Below are positions 49,171 to 58,389 of a stretch of DNA of 64,000 nt, in pieces. The stretch comes from an uncultured archaeon. GTDB taxonomy: Archaea; Asgardarchaeota; Thorarchaeia; Thorarchaeales; Thorarchaeaceae. A model generated the notes under the pieces. It saw only the letters and a list, made by a program, of their open reading frames with translations, ran no database searches and had not been told where the DNA came from. The stretch is taken from positions 80,234 through 144,233 of the forward strand of contig CAYHAA010000002.1 of the NCBI GenBank assembly GCA_964354495.1, given 5' to 3'. The first letter of the stretch is position 1, and each line of letters starts with the position of its first letter. The position numbers and the translations under genes are program-made.

Positions 49171-50217
49171 TCAGGTGCCCTGGAGGAAGGACATATCCGC
49201 CTTCTTGAAAGCAGCGAACGCGCTCTTGCCTTTCTTTTCGTCGAGTGCTTTCGCATATGACTGGAGAGTCTTGAGAGATGTCATGCCGCCAAGAGCATCA
49301 TCAAATGAAATCTTCAGAGCCCAGACGGGCTCACCTGTGACCGGAATGCGCTCCCGCAACCAACCGGTGGGAGTCATGAGCTTGTTCCTCTCCCGAGTGA
49401 AAAACTCCATCTCAGAGAGAATGCCTATTCCAGACATTACGTCAAGCCATCGTTTCCAAGCATCTTCACTAGTGGGAAAACCTGATGTTCCTGTCTTATT
49501 CGCATTAATCGTTATCGAGTCAACTGAAACCTTTGTATCTTTCAATGTTCCATAACTCGCTATGATCCACAGAAGACGGAGCAGGACTTCGCGATGAACA
49601 ATGAGTAGCTCCTGACCTGCGATTGTATCGATATCGCTCAAGCCGAGGGAGGATGTGATGACTTTGGAGAGAGCATTATGGAGTGCCAGATACGCTGTGC
49701 TCTTCTTGTCCATCTTCACCTTGGGAAACGCCAGTGTCTTTGGCGTTTTCAGATCGACTCCTTCCACTTCACGAATTTGGTCAGGACCAAGACCAGCTCG
49801 TATTTCATCGAGGGCCTTCTTTCCTTCGTAGGGTCTTAGGTATACTTGATACTTGTCATTCGGGATAGGTTCGCCTAGACGTTCTTCTGCTTCTTGTACC
49901 CTATCAACACGATTCATCGCTTGGATTTTATCACACGGGTACCTTGAACAAAACGCACAATTCTCAAAATGATTATGAAAGGCACACTTACGGGAAGGGC
50001 AACCTCTGATGAAGTTGTGGACTCCTACATCCTTTGCTAGTTTCTCATTCGGCGTTTGACAGCCTTGACAGGGATTCTTCGCTGGCGTGAATCCCAAATA
50101 CCTCTTTGCATCCTCGACATATGACTCCCACTCTCCTGGGCTTTGATTCGTTCGAATCCAATGACCCCACGGGCATATTGAGCACAAATTCCCACACTTG
50201 CTGATTACTGGTTTCAT
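49171..50217 (-). CDS. Cys-rich (DUF3795-like zinc-binding) N-terminal domain fused to a ~240-aa domain with no recognisable family
   Basis: The N-terminal ~100 aa carry CGNLCSICPW, CQGCQTP, CPSRKCAFHNHFENCAFCSRYPC (10+ Cys). The C-terminal domain is soluble with no motifs I recognise. Confidence 0.4.
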   Translation of the reverse strand: MKPVISKCGNLCSICPWGHWIRTNQSPGEWESYVEDAKRYLGFTPAKNPCQGCQTPNEKLAKDVGVHNFIRGCPSRKCAFHNHFENCAFCSRYPCDKIQAMNRVDRVQEAEERLGEPIPNDKYQVYLRPYEGKKALDEIRAGLGPDQIREVEGVDLKTPKTLAFPKVKMDKKSTAYLALHNALSKVITSSLGLSDIDTIAGQELLIVHREVLLRLLWIIASYGTLKDTKVSVDSITINANKTGTSGFPTSEDAWKRWLDVMSGIGILSEMEFFTRERNKLMTPTGWLRERIPVTGEPVWALKISFDDALGGMTSLKTLQSYAKALDEKKGKSAFAAFKKADMSFLQGT

Positions 50218-50465
50218 GATCCCGACATCTCCGTTTTTCCAGCTCGTAAGAGCACAATAATCTCCCTCCTATTAATAAGCAACGCGTGGTTGTCAATTGC
50301 GACTAGTCGCACACAAAATGGGACTTTCCACTGATGGATCATGGAGAACAAAACGAAGAATCAGGTGACTGGGATTTTATGGTGGGATATTAGTTCCGCA
50401 CGATTCCGAAATCTTCTTCAACTGACTGACCAAATAGAACCGGGTTTGCCACCAAGCGCCATCAT

Positions 50466-51323
50466 ATGGAGACAACTGGGATGAGTGTTGAGCTACCTGA
50501 AGCAATGATTCTTGCTGAGCAAATGACAAAGACGTTACTCGGCAAACAAATCAAAGCATGTGAAATGTGGGACTATGAGAAACTGCAGAAAATCGGGTTC
50601 TTCAATAAAGACATCAAAGAATTCAATCGCCTCATAGGCTGTAAGATAGCGTCAATTCATCAGCGCGGAAACGTGATTCGCATTCAATTGAATAAAAAAC
50701 TGAATCTCGTGTTGAGTCCGGACTATGGGGCAGAAATCCTCTACCATTCATCCGAGGAGTCACTGCCAAAGAAGCATCATTTGAAAGTCGGCTTTGCAGA
50801 TGGCTCATATCTGACAATAAGGCAGACAGGCATGGGGATGATATACTGTGCAGCAGACAATGAGGTCAATAATCTATATGTTGTCAAACGGGATTTCTCA
50901 GAAACTCCGTCCCCTATTGGAGAGAATCAATTCACCTTCGACAAATTCACTGAGCTACTGGATAAAAGGGGTCAGAACATCAAGGCAGCTCTCGTCGGAA
51001 AGACTGCAGTTGTAGTAGGTCTAAGTAATGCTGCATTTCAAGAGATAATCTACAAAGCAGGAATCCATCCAAAGAGGAACACCTCCACATTATCAGAGAG
51101 TGAGAAACACGCCGTCTTCGAGGCTATGAAGGAGATTCTCAATGCACGCGTTTCTTCAGGTGGAAAGGAAAACTGGATTGACCTCTATGGAAAACCAGGG
51201 CGTCATACTCCAGTAATGGGTTCCAACATGAAGGACAAGAGCTGTCCTCAATGCGGGGCAAGAATTGAGATGATAGCTCATGGAGGCGGTCAGGTCTACT
51301 TCTGTCCAAGATGTCAGAAATGA
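50466..51323 (+). CDS. Fpg/Nei-family DNA glycosylase (H2TH + C-terminal zinc finger) with non-canonical N-terminus
   Basis: N-terminal SVELPEAMILAEQM aligns to Fpg PELPEVE with Val at the Pro2 position. H2TH motif LVGKTAVVVGLSNAAFQEIIYKAGIHP and zinc finger CPQCGARIEM...GQVYFCPRCQ are present. The probable start is the ATG at 50481 (MSVELPE). Confidence 0.7.
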   Translation: METTGMSVELPEAMILAEQMTKTLLGKQIKACEMWDYEKLQKIGFFNKDIKEFNRLIGCKIASIHQRGNVIRIQLNKKLNLVLSPDYGAEILYHSSEESLPKKHHLKVGFADGSYLTIRQTGMGMIYCAADNEVNNLYVVKRDFSETPSPIGENQFTFDKFTELLDKRGQNIKAALVGKTAVVVGLSNAAFQEIIYKAGIHPKRNTSTLSESEKHAVFEAMKEILNARVSSGGKENWIDLYGKPGRHTPVMGSNMKDKSCPQCGARIEMIAHGGGQVYFCPRCQK

Positions 51324-51408
51324 GGAGTCCTGATGACTTAGGAGAACAGAATGAGGCAGACTAGCAATAATGAAATAGTCCTCTACTTCTCCTTTTGACC
51401 GTCGTGAA

Positions 51409-52149
51409 ATGGTAGATCTATTCTTTGGAGACTTGACCCTTCCGGATGTCACAATGGCAGCTGCAACTGGAGTAGTTGCTTCACTGGTTTTGACAGTTGC
51501 ATACTACATGGCGTCGTCAGGGAGACCTAGATGGAAGGCAAGAAAACTCGTTCATGCTTCAATGGGTACTGTTGTGGGTCTTACTCTTGTGGGATACTCG
51601 AATTTGAGCGGGCCGACATTGGCGGCAGCAATCTTCTTGTTCATTCTCTTTTACGCCTGGGCTCACAAGAGCGAGCTCATCTGGGACTTGCTGCTCGCAG
51701 GCAGTCGTGAGGGCGAATCTCGCGCGAATACATTCATGGCAGGTCTAATGGGCATGATTTCCTTTGGCACCGTTTTCCTTTTGTTTTTCTCCAGACCAGA
51801 GATTTTCGTGGCGGCTATCCTCGCTGTTGCATGGGGAGATGCAGCCGGAGAGGTGATAGGGAGGCCTTATGGAGGCAGAGTCTTCAAACGTAGGTTCCGG
51901 AATAAAACAGTCGAGGGGAGCATTGGCGTATTCATATTCACCGTTCTCTCAATCTTGGCATCGTTGGTCGCTTATTCTCCGGACACATGCATTTCTTGTG
52001 TCTTTCCTCTAGTTCTCATAGTAGCGGCCTGTGCCACAATTGCTGAAGTTCTCAGTATTGGATGGACTGACAACTTCTTTATCCCTATGGTAACGGCCAT
52101 AGCTATGTGGTTGTTTATCTTTCCAGGAATAATCCTTCTTCCACTGTAG
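51409..52149 (+). CDS. Polyprenol/dolichol-kinase-like CTP-dependent membrane protein (CdsA/DolK/VTE5 family)
   Basis: 7-TM protein with the C-terminal signature WGDAAGEVIGRPYGG...NKTVEGSIGVF. Confidence 0.45.
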   Translation: MVDLFFGDLTLPDVTMAAATGVVASLVLTVAYYMASSGRPRWKARKLVHASMGTVVGLTLVGYSNLSGPTLAAAIFLFILFYAWAHKSELIWDLLLAGSREGESRANTFMAGLMGMISFGTVFLLFFSRPEIFVAAILAVAWGDAAGEVIGRPYGGRVFKRRFRNKTVEGSIGVFIFTVLSILASLVAYSPDTCISCVFPLVLIVAACATIAEVLSIGWTDNFFIPMVTAIAMWLFIFPGIILLPL

Positions 52150-52155
52150 ATTAGC

Positions 52156-53073
52156 TCAAATCTGACCCCAATCACTGATGCGTTCTATGCCTGACTCGCC
52201 AAGTTCACAGACAAGTTTGAGTTCTGCAAGTATGCCAGACCATCCAACATCATAGCCAATGACAGCAGAGGGTGACTTGAAACCGTGATGATGGACGGTG
52301 ACCAGGGTATGATCATTGACCTCTTCGAACCGAACATTCACGAGGGTCTCAGGCTCATCGCCATGTACCCACGAGAATTCCAGCTCCTTGTCAGGAATCA
52401 TTTTCTTGAATACTACAGGACCCTTTCCTTCAGCCCACCATGTGTATATTCCAGCGTACTGCCTATCCACAACCGGTCGGTCCGCCCTGATGAAGTGTTT
52501 CAGTTTTTCAGGATTCGTCCACACATCAAAGGGCAATGAAGGTGGCGTCTTACAGATGACACTAAGCCGGACATCCACAGGGTCATAACGCGTGACTCTG
52601 AGAGGATGATAATCTTCGTAGTCAAATCGCAAGGCGGGAGCGCCTAGTTCAACCGCACTCTTGAAATTGGCCAAAAGCAAGTTCCAGTGCTCAGGCAAAT
52701 GATAGTTTCTCGCTGAAACTGGTACTGCGCCATGGTTGACCTGTATCATTGTGCCAGGACCTATTGGATTGAATCGGATGACCAAGAGGGTATCGACCCC
52801 CATGATTCTCCAGCTCAGGAGGAGGATCTTCTTCTGTTTGACTTCCTTAATCTCCCACTGATTTGCTATCTCAGGAGTTGTGGGCGCATTTGGTCCAAGA
52901 AACCTGATTGCACCTCCAACGCGAATGTCAGCACTTATCTCATTCCCCAGCCAGAGAAGCATCATGATCGGGTCAAGGAATGCCGCCCAGACTTCGTCTA
53001 GGGGTCTGGAGATGCGTATCTGAAGGTGAATCACTGGAAGTATGTCTTCCTTTGGTTCGGCCATGGTATCCAC
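52156..53073 (-). CDS. Tandem SRPBCC (AHSA1/Aha1-like) domain protein
   Basis: Two ~140-aa halves each begin with an IxRxIxAPxxxVWxAFTDP-like block (IHLQIRISRPLDEVWAAFLDP; VRLSVICKTPPSLPFDVWTNPEKL). Confidence 0.5.
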   Translation of the reverse strand: MDTMAEPKEDILPVIHLQIRISRPLDEVWAAFLDPIMMLLWLGNEISADIRVGGAIRFLGPNAPTTPEIANQWEIKEVKQKKILLLSWRIMGVDTLLVIRFNPIGPGTMIQVNHGAVPVSARNYHLPEHWNLLLANFKSAVELGAPALRFDYEDYHPLRVTRYDPVDVRLSVICKTPPSLPFDVWTNPEKLKHFIRADRPVVDRQYAGIYTWWAEGKGPVVFKKMIPDKELEFSWVHGDEPETLVNVRFEEVNDHTLVTVHHHGFKSPSAVIGYDVGWSGILAELKLVCELGESGIERISDWGQI

Positions 53074-53254
53074 CTTGTAGCAATTTGATTGAGCAGTTCA
53101 CCCTTATCTCTGTGATGGTAGATAACCATTGTCATGAAATCTAAGGCAATTTCAATTCACCTCTTTCTGAGAAGACATCAATGACAAGGGTAATATCCAG
53201 TCTCCTGCATTTCAAGTAGTGAACAGCTTAGTCTAGGCTTGAGGTGGAGAGGCA

Positions 53255-54589
53255 TTGAAGATACGGGTCTTGGTAGTAGATGATGATGAGGACCTTCTCT
53301 TTCTTGCCACTAAGTTCTTTGAGAAAGAAGACCAGTCGTTTGAACTAGTTGGGGCCAATACTGACCAAGAGGCTCTTCAGAAGCTTGAGGAGGAGGAGTT
53401 TGACGCGATTGTTTGTGACCACTATCTCGGTCCCCACAGCATGACAGGTCTTGGTCTTCTCGAATGGGTGAGAGAGGGGAATCCCAATATTCCTTTCATC
53501 ATCTTCACTGGGCGAAGTCAAGAGGCTGTTGCCATACGAGCTCTCAATCTTGGAGCAGACTACTATCTGAAGAAAGGAACGGATGAGGTGCGTGAGCTCT
53601 TCAGCCAAATAGCTTTGCGAATCAAATCAGAAGTAGAACAGAGAAGGACTGGAGAGGCACTTGAAGCTGCATACACTGACCTTGAGAAACGTGTCGCAGA
53701 GCGCACAGCAGAACTTGAGGAGATGAATGAGCGCCTCATCCACGAAATAGACGAACGCCAAAAAGCGGAGAGCTCACTGTTGATACAACAGGAATTGGGA
53801 AACACTCTTTGTCGGGCTGGAAACCTAACAGATGCACTGGATGCAATTCTCAAGACTGCAGTGCAGCTTGAAGGTGTTGATAGCGGAGGTATCTATCTGC
53901 TAGATGGTCAGACAGGCAAATCCGGATTCTCCTCAAACCATGGTCTTTCGGCTCAGTTTCTTCGCAGCTTCTTCAAGGAGAACAAGAATCCGTCCATCGA
54001 TGGGCCAATCTATTTGTCGAAATCAGATATTCAATCATCCACTATCGTTGAAGGGAAAGACAAGAGTCTCACTGCAGCAGCCATCATACCAGTTCAGTCT
54101 GAGGACAAGACGGTCGCAATTCTGAATCTGGTATCGCACACCCATGATGAGATACCTGAGAGGGTTAGACGTGCGCTAGAGGCGATTTCGATTCAGATAG
54201 CAGCATACATGACGAGAATCAGTGCGGAGAACATAATCTCAGAATCAAAATCCGGGGTTGAAGCAGTCACAGAACTACTAGATGACATGTTTCTAATTGT
54301 CAGCAAGGACTTCAATGTTCTTTATGCGAATAGCGCAGTTCTTGAACGGTTTGGATTGTCCCTGAATGCCTTATCGAAGAAGCACTTTCAGGAACTTTAC
54401 GATAGCCAAAGGACGGAGGAAGTCGCATCGAGCCTGCGGCAAGCATTTAATGGCAAAAGCGTGACTCTGGATGCTCCTTTGGGCCTTGATGGCGGGGCTG
54501 ACTTGAGAGTCACCACTAGAATCGCCAAGGCAATGCATGATAACCAAGAAGTACTTTATGCAATCGTGCACGAAATCAAGTCCCAATAA
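53255..54589 (+). CDS. Response regulator: REC domain + coiled coil + GAF/PAS-like sensory domains, no DNA-binding output domain
   Basis: REC with the VLVVDDDEDLL acidic pocket, phospho-acceptor Asp in AIVCDHY and the conserved Lys in YYLKKG. It is followed by a coiled-coil and about 280 aa of GAF/PAS-like fold. Confidence 0.6.
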   Translation: MKIRVLVVDDDEDLLFLATKFFEKEDQSFELVGANTDQEALQKLEEEEFDAIVCDHYLGPHSMTGLGLLEWVREGNPNIPFIIFTGRSQEAVAIRALNLGADYYLKKGTDEVRELFSQIALRIKSEVEQRRTGEALEAAYTDLEKRVAERTAELEEMNERLIHEIDERQKAESSLLIQQELGNTLCRAGNLTDALDAILKTAVQLEGVDSGGIYLLDGQTGKSGFSSNHGLSAQFLRSFFKENKNPSIDGPIYLSKSDIQSSTIVEGKDKSLTAAAIIPVQSEDKTVAILNLVSHTHDEIPERVRRALEAISIQIAAYMTRISAENIISESKSGVEAVTELLDDMFLIVSKDFNVLYANSAVLERFGLSLNALSKKHFQELYDSQRTEEVASSLRQAFNGKSVTLDAPLGLDGGADLRVTTRIAKAMHDNQEVLYAIVHEIKSQ

Positions 54590-54675
54590 TCATAAATAGT
54601 CAGTTGGGAGTAAGAAGATGAATGCAAGCCAACTCTGGCACGCCGCATAATTCAACCCAAGGTTGTTAAGATGGT

Positions 54676-55158
54676 ATGGGTGAAACTAACGGTTTCATGA
54701 AGGGACCCGCGACGAGACTCTTTGAAAAGGTTGCTCGATGGATAGGGCTCTCATCGAATGCAGGACCAGTTCTTGCAGCGTTCTTCCTTGAACAATACGG
54801 CACAGCTAAGAAACTCAGCTCAGAAGATATCTGTCGGATCACCGGCTATTCCAGAGCTAATGCAGGTCTCATCATCTCCCAGCTGGAAGCCCTCGGGGTC
54901 ATTGAGGGAGCAAGAGACTACGACCAGACAGGTCGCGGTAGAAAGCGTGTTCTCTACTCAATCACTGGAAGTTTCACAGAAGTCTTCGAGATAGGAGTCA
55001 TTAGCATGCAGGATAGGCTTGATGGAATGATAAGAGACTTGGATACCATAGAGAACCTCGATTCATCCTTCAAGCAATCTCTGACTCATTTACTCAAGGA
55101 AGTAAGGACAGCAGTAGAGAACGGGCGAGAAGATCTGCAGATGACAGTCTCCCGGTAA
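54676..55158 (+). CDS. Winged-helix (MarR/TrmB-like) transcription-regulator candidate
   Basis: The segment LSSEDICRITGYSRANAGLIISQLEALGVIEG...GRGRKRVLYSI is HTH plus wing. It lies between the response regulator and the PAS kinase. Confidence 0.35.
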   Translation: MGETNGFMKGPATRLFEKVARWIGLSSNAGPVLAAFFLEQYGTAKKLSSEDICRITGYSRANAGLIISQLEALGVIEGARDYDQTGRGRKRVLYSITGSFTEVFEIGVISMQDRLDGMIRDLDTIENLDSSFKQSLTHLLKEVRTAVENGREDLQMTVSR

Positions 55159-55479
55159 TGCAATCTGTCTATTTCTGCAGATAATCTCTCATGACTTCGA
55201 CTAGTGGTCTGTCTGTAAGAATCGTTTCTACACACCAGTCAACGCAAGATGTCGGAAGTCGCACTATGCGTTTCTTGCAGTTCTTTTCGGCTTTCCCATG
55301 CTTCCTCACGTTGTTCCAACACCATGGCGGCGGAAGAAAAACACTCACTTGTCTGTGGCACTCTTTTGGTCGCGTTTCTGCAGTTACAGGCGACTCAAGA
55401 TGCCTAGGGTCTGCAATACATAAGGAGAAAAAGAACAAATGGCAATACCATTTAGTCTAATCAAAAGAGGCTCTAGCTG

Positions 55480-57306
55480 ATGGCTTCTGAACATCAAAAC
55501 GGAAACAGTATGGATTTCGATTCTCTCGAAGAGCTGCTCCGACACCGAGTTCTGCTAGAGTCTTTGAGTGAAGGCTTCGGAGTTGTTGACGAGAAGAACG
55601 CCTTCTCCTATGTTAATAGGAGATTTGGTGAATTGCTTGGCTACTCTACAGGGGAGATGATTGGTAAACCAATATCTGAGTTCCTCGACAAACACAATCG
55701 CGAGGCTCAGCGCGAACACATCTCCAAACGTGCGCAAGGGCTGACATCGAAATATGAACTACATTGGATATCTAAATCGCAACGCATAATTCCGACACTT
55801 GTTTCAGGTGTGCCAATAATTGATAAGAAGGGCCATTTCAGGGGTTCATTTGCAGTAATCACTGATCTATCCGGCTATAGAGCATCAGAGAAAAAGTACC
55901 GGATGTTGGCAGAGCAGTCACTACAAGGGCTGACAGTCATTCAGAACGAAAAATACGTGTATGTCAACCCAGCGTTTGGTAAGATAGTAGGGTATACTCC
56001 GGAAGAGATTGTTGCCATGCCATCTGACATCGCATGGGATTTGATCTATCCCGAAGATAAGGGACTCCTTCTGAAGATTGCTCAAAACAGAGATTCAGGC
56101 AAACCAGTGCCAATGCCTTACATGTACCGATTCGTCCACAGAGACGGAAGCGTCAGATGGGTTGAGGCATTCTCAGGGAGTATTGAGTACGAAGGTGCAT
56201 TAGCACTACAGGTCCTCATTATCGACATAACCGATGTTAAGGAGTTCGAGGAGAATCTCAAGAAGTCCGAGGCAAAGTACCGGAATTTGGCGGAGCAATC
56301 ACCGCAGGGCATCACTATCATGGCAGAGAACAGGTTCCTCTACTACAATCCAGCATTCAAGGAACTTGTCGGATATGACGATGACGAATTAAGGCGTATG
56401 TCTGTTGATGACACATGGAATCTGGTGCATCCGGATGACCGAGAGGATCTCACAAAAAGAATACGTGACAAAACTGCGGGGAGAGCAATTGCCCCAAGAT
56501 ACGAGTATCGATACGTGAGGAAGAATGGAGAGGTTCGATGGGTAGAGAGCTATTCCAGCCAAGTTGAATATGACGGACAGCCAGCAATTCAGACGGTCAT
56601 AGTCGACATCACTGGAAGACGGCAATCAGAGAGGGAGTTAAGGTCTGCAAAAGACAGAGCCCTCCTCTATCTGGATCTCATGGGGCACGACCTGACGCAG
56701 CAGCTACAAGTCATTCTCAATAGCGCAGCGCTCATGATGAATGCAACAGATGAAAGCGTCCAAAACTCATTCTACAAAGTCATAGGTGATGCAATAAAGC
56801 GTTGCTCAAGAATCATTCAAGAGGCAAATTCGACAGAGCAGCTCCTTTCAGTGCCGCTCATTGAGAGATCCTTGACACAGGCAGTCACAACTTGCGTAGA
56901 AGCCATGTCACATGCTGAGAACATCACCTTTGAAACACTGATCATGGGAGGAAACGCCAGAGTAATGGCGGATGAATATCTCGAGCTTATGGTCTCCAAT
57001 ATTCTGATGAACTCTGTGGAACACAATGTCAAGGAGCGGAAGAAGGTCTGGATTCGCCTTGAACCATCAGGTCCAGACTATCTCCTCTCCATCAGTGATG
57101 ACGGGCCGGGCATTCCGGATTCTACGAAGGCAGGACTATTCGATATGTCACGGAGATTCGGAGGATTGGGTCTCCACACTGTGAATCACCTTGTTGAGAA
57201 ATACGGCGGCAGAATCGAACTCCATGATAGAGTGCCAGAACATTATTCTCATGGGCTCGAAGTAAGAATATGGCTTCCAATGCTCATCAAACAGGAAGAG
57301 GAGTGA
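55480..57306 (+). CDS. Cytoplasmic multi-PAS sensor histidine kinase
   Basis: Three PAS-like repeats (conserved W..PDD, RYVRKNGEVRWVE), H-box LMGHDLTQQLQ, N-box NSVEHN, G1 DDGPGI and G2 GGLGLH. There are no TM helices. Confidence 0.7.
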   Translation: MASEHQNGNSMDFDSLEELLRHRVLLESLSEGFGVVDEKNAFSYVNRRFGELLGYSTGEMIGKPISEFLDKHNREAQREHISKRAQGLTSKYELHWISKSQRIIPTLVSGVPIIDKKGHFRGSFAVITDLSGYRASEKKYRMLAEQSLQGLTVIQNEKYVYVNPAFGKIVGYTPEEIVAMPSDIAWDLIYPEDKGLLLKIAQNRDSGKPVPMPYMYRFVHRDGSVRWVEAFSGSIEYEGALALQVLIIDITDVKEFEENLKKSEAKYRNLAEQSPQGITIMAENRFLYYNPAFKELVGYDDDELRRMSVDDTWNLVHPDDREDLTKRIRDKTAGRAIAPRYEYRYVRKNGEVRWVESYSSQVEYDGQPAIQTVIVDITGRRQSERELRSAKDRALLYLDLMGHDLTQQLQVILNSAALMMNATDESVQNSFYKVIGDAIKRCSRIIQEANSTEQLLSVPLIERSLTQAVTTCVEAMSHAENITFETLIMGGNARVMADEYLELMVSNILMNSVEHNVKERKKVWIRLEPSGPDYLLSISDDGPGIPDSTKAGLFDMSRRFGGLGLHTVNHLVEKYGGRIELHDRVPEHYSHGLEVRIWLPMLIKQEEE

Positions 57307-57394
57307 TTGCACTACACTGCAAATCAGGTCATTCCAACCTGTTGTATCATGTAGGTGCGTGAGAGAGTTTTTTGCAGCCGCGAAGTCATCTCTT

Positions 57395-58246
57395 TCATCC
57401 ATTGATTACTTTGATGTCATCATCACTTCTTGACCCGAAACCGATTTCCACTGCGCGTTTGATCTGAGGGATACTCCATGCATCCATCTTTAGTTTGTTA
57501 TCACCATTGCAGCATTGGATCGTACGGACCCCTTCAACATCTATGGCTACCATATCGCCGCTTGCCAGGATCAGATTCGGAGTAGAACATGTGCCTGACG
57601 CAGGACCACCAGTAATGAAGCAGGTTCTTGCATCCATCACAACCAAGTCAGGTTTGAAATACGATGCGATATCTGCAATCTTCGGCTCTAGGTCATGCAT
57701 GTGCATTTTAATCCGTTCTGAAGGCTTCAACCAACCCACGAATAGCTTCATGCTCCCTGTGTATCTAGCCAGGAAATGGGTCTTGAGGCAGGGCGCAAGA
57801 ACCGTCTTCCCACGGTCCAATAGAGGTCTTCCGATTGAACCACTCCTCATGTATTTCCCCTTCGGAAAATCCACCTTGACCCAATCATGCTCATCGAGGA
57901 AAATCAACTCTGCATCCAGTTCTTGGGCAATCTCTGTTAGACCCATCGATTCGGCTACTTCACGCGTGGAGAGCCGCATCATTGAACTATCGATGATCTT
58001 GACTTTTCCAGCTCCAGCCTCCAGAATCAGTTCGCCAAGTGCTTTTATGAATTGGGGGTCGCTTGAGGCAGGATAGGGGTCTGCTGTGTTAAGATTCGGT
58101 TTGATGGTTGCAGTATCATCCCTGCTAATGACCTTCTCAAATCCACCAATCAACCTCACAGCTTCTTCGATAGTGTGCTTTAGGTCTCCAGAGAATGGAA
58201 TCTTACTTACAAGATACCGGCCGTCAGCCATATACGGTGAATTCAC
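57395..58246 (-). CDS. DUF362-family protein
   Basis: The blocks TIKPNLNTADPYPASSDPQFIKAL and conserved C-terminal Cys/Asp positions match DUF362, at 283 aa. Confidence 0.55.
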   Translation of the reverse strand: MNSPYMADGRYLVSKIPFSGDLKHTIEEAVRLIGGFEKVISRDDTATIKPNLNTADPYPASSDPQFIKALGELILEAGAGKVKIIDSSMMRLSTREVAESMGLTEIAQELDAELIFLDEHDWVKVDFPKGKYMRSGSIGRPLLDRGKTVLAPCLKTHFLARYTGSMKLFVGWLKPSERIKMHMHDLEPKIADIASYFKPDLVVMDARTCFITGGPASGTCSTPNLILASGDMVAIDVEGVRTIQCCNGDNKLKMDAWSIPQIKRAVEIGFGSRSDDDIKVING

Positions 58247-58389
58247 TATGATTCCTCTTCTGCCATATAGATCTCGAGTATGAAATGCTTTACTGTAGAG
58301 CTCAGCGCTTCTCCGATTCTCCGCAATATCAATAAGGCTAGCAAGAAATCAGAATGGCAGCGTAGCAGAATCATTAGAGAGGGTTTCTC

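Noticed and set aside
55169-55460. Two overlapping 89-aa ORFs on opposite strands in the gap between the wH regulator and the PAS kinase
   Set aside because: They mutually overlap, have no motifs, and occupy what is more plausibly the promoter region of the kinase gene.
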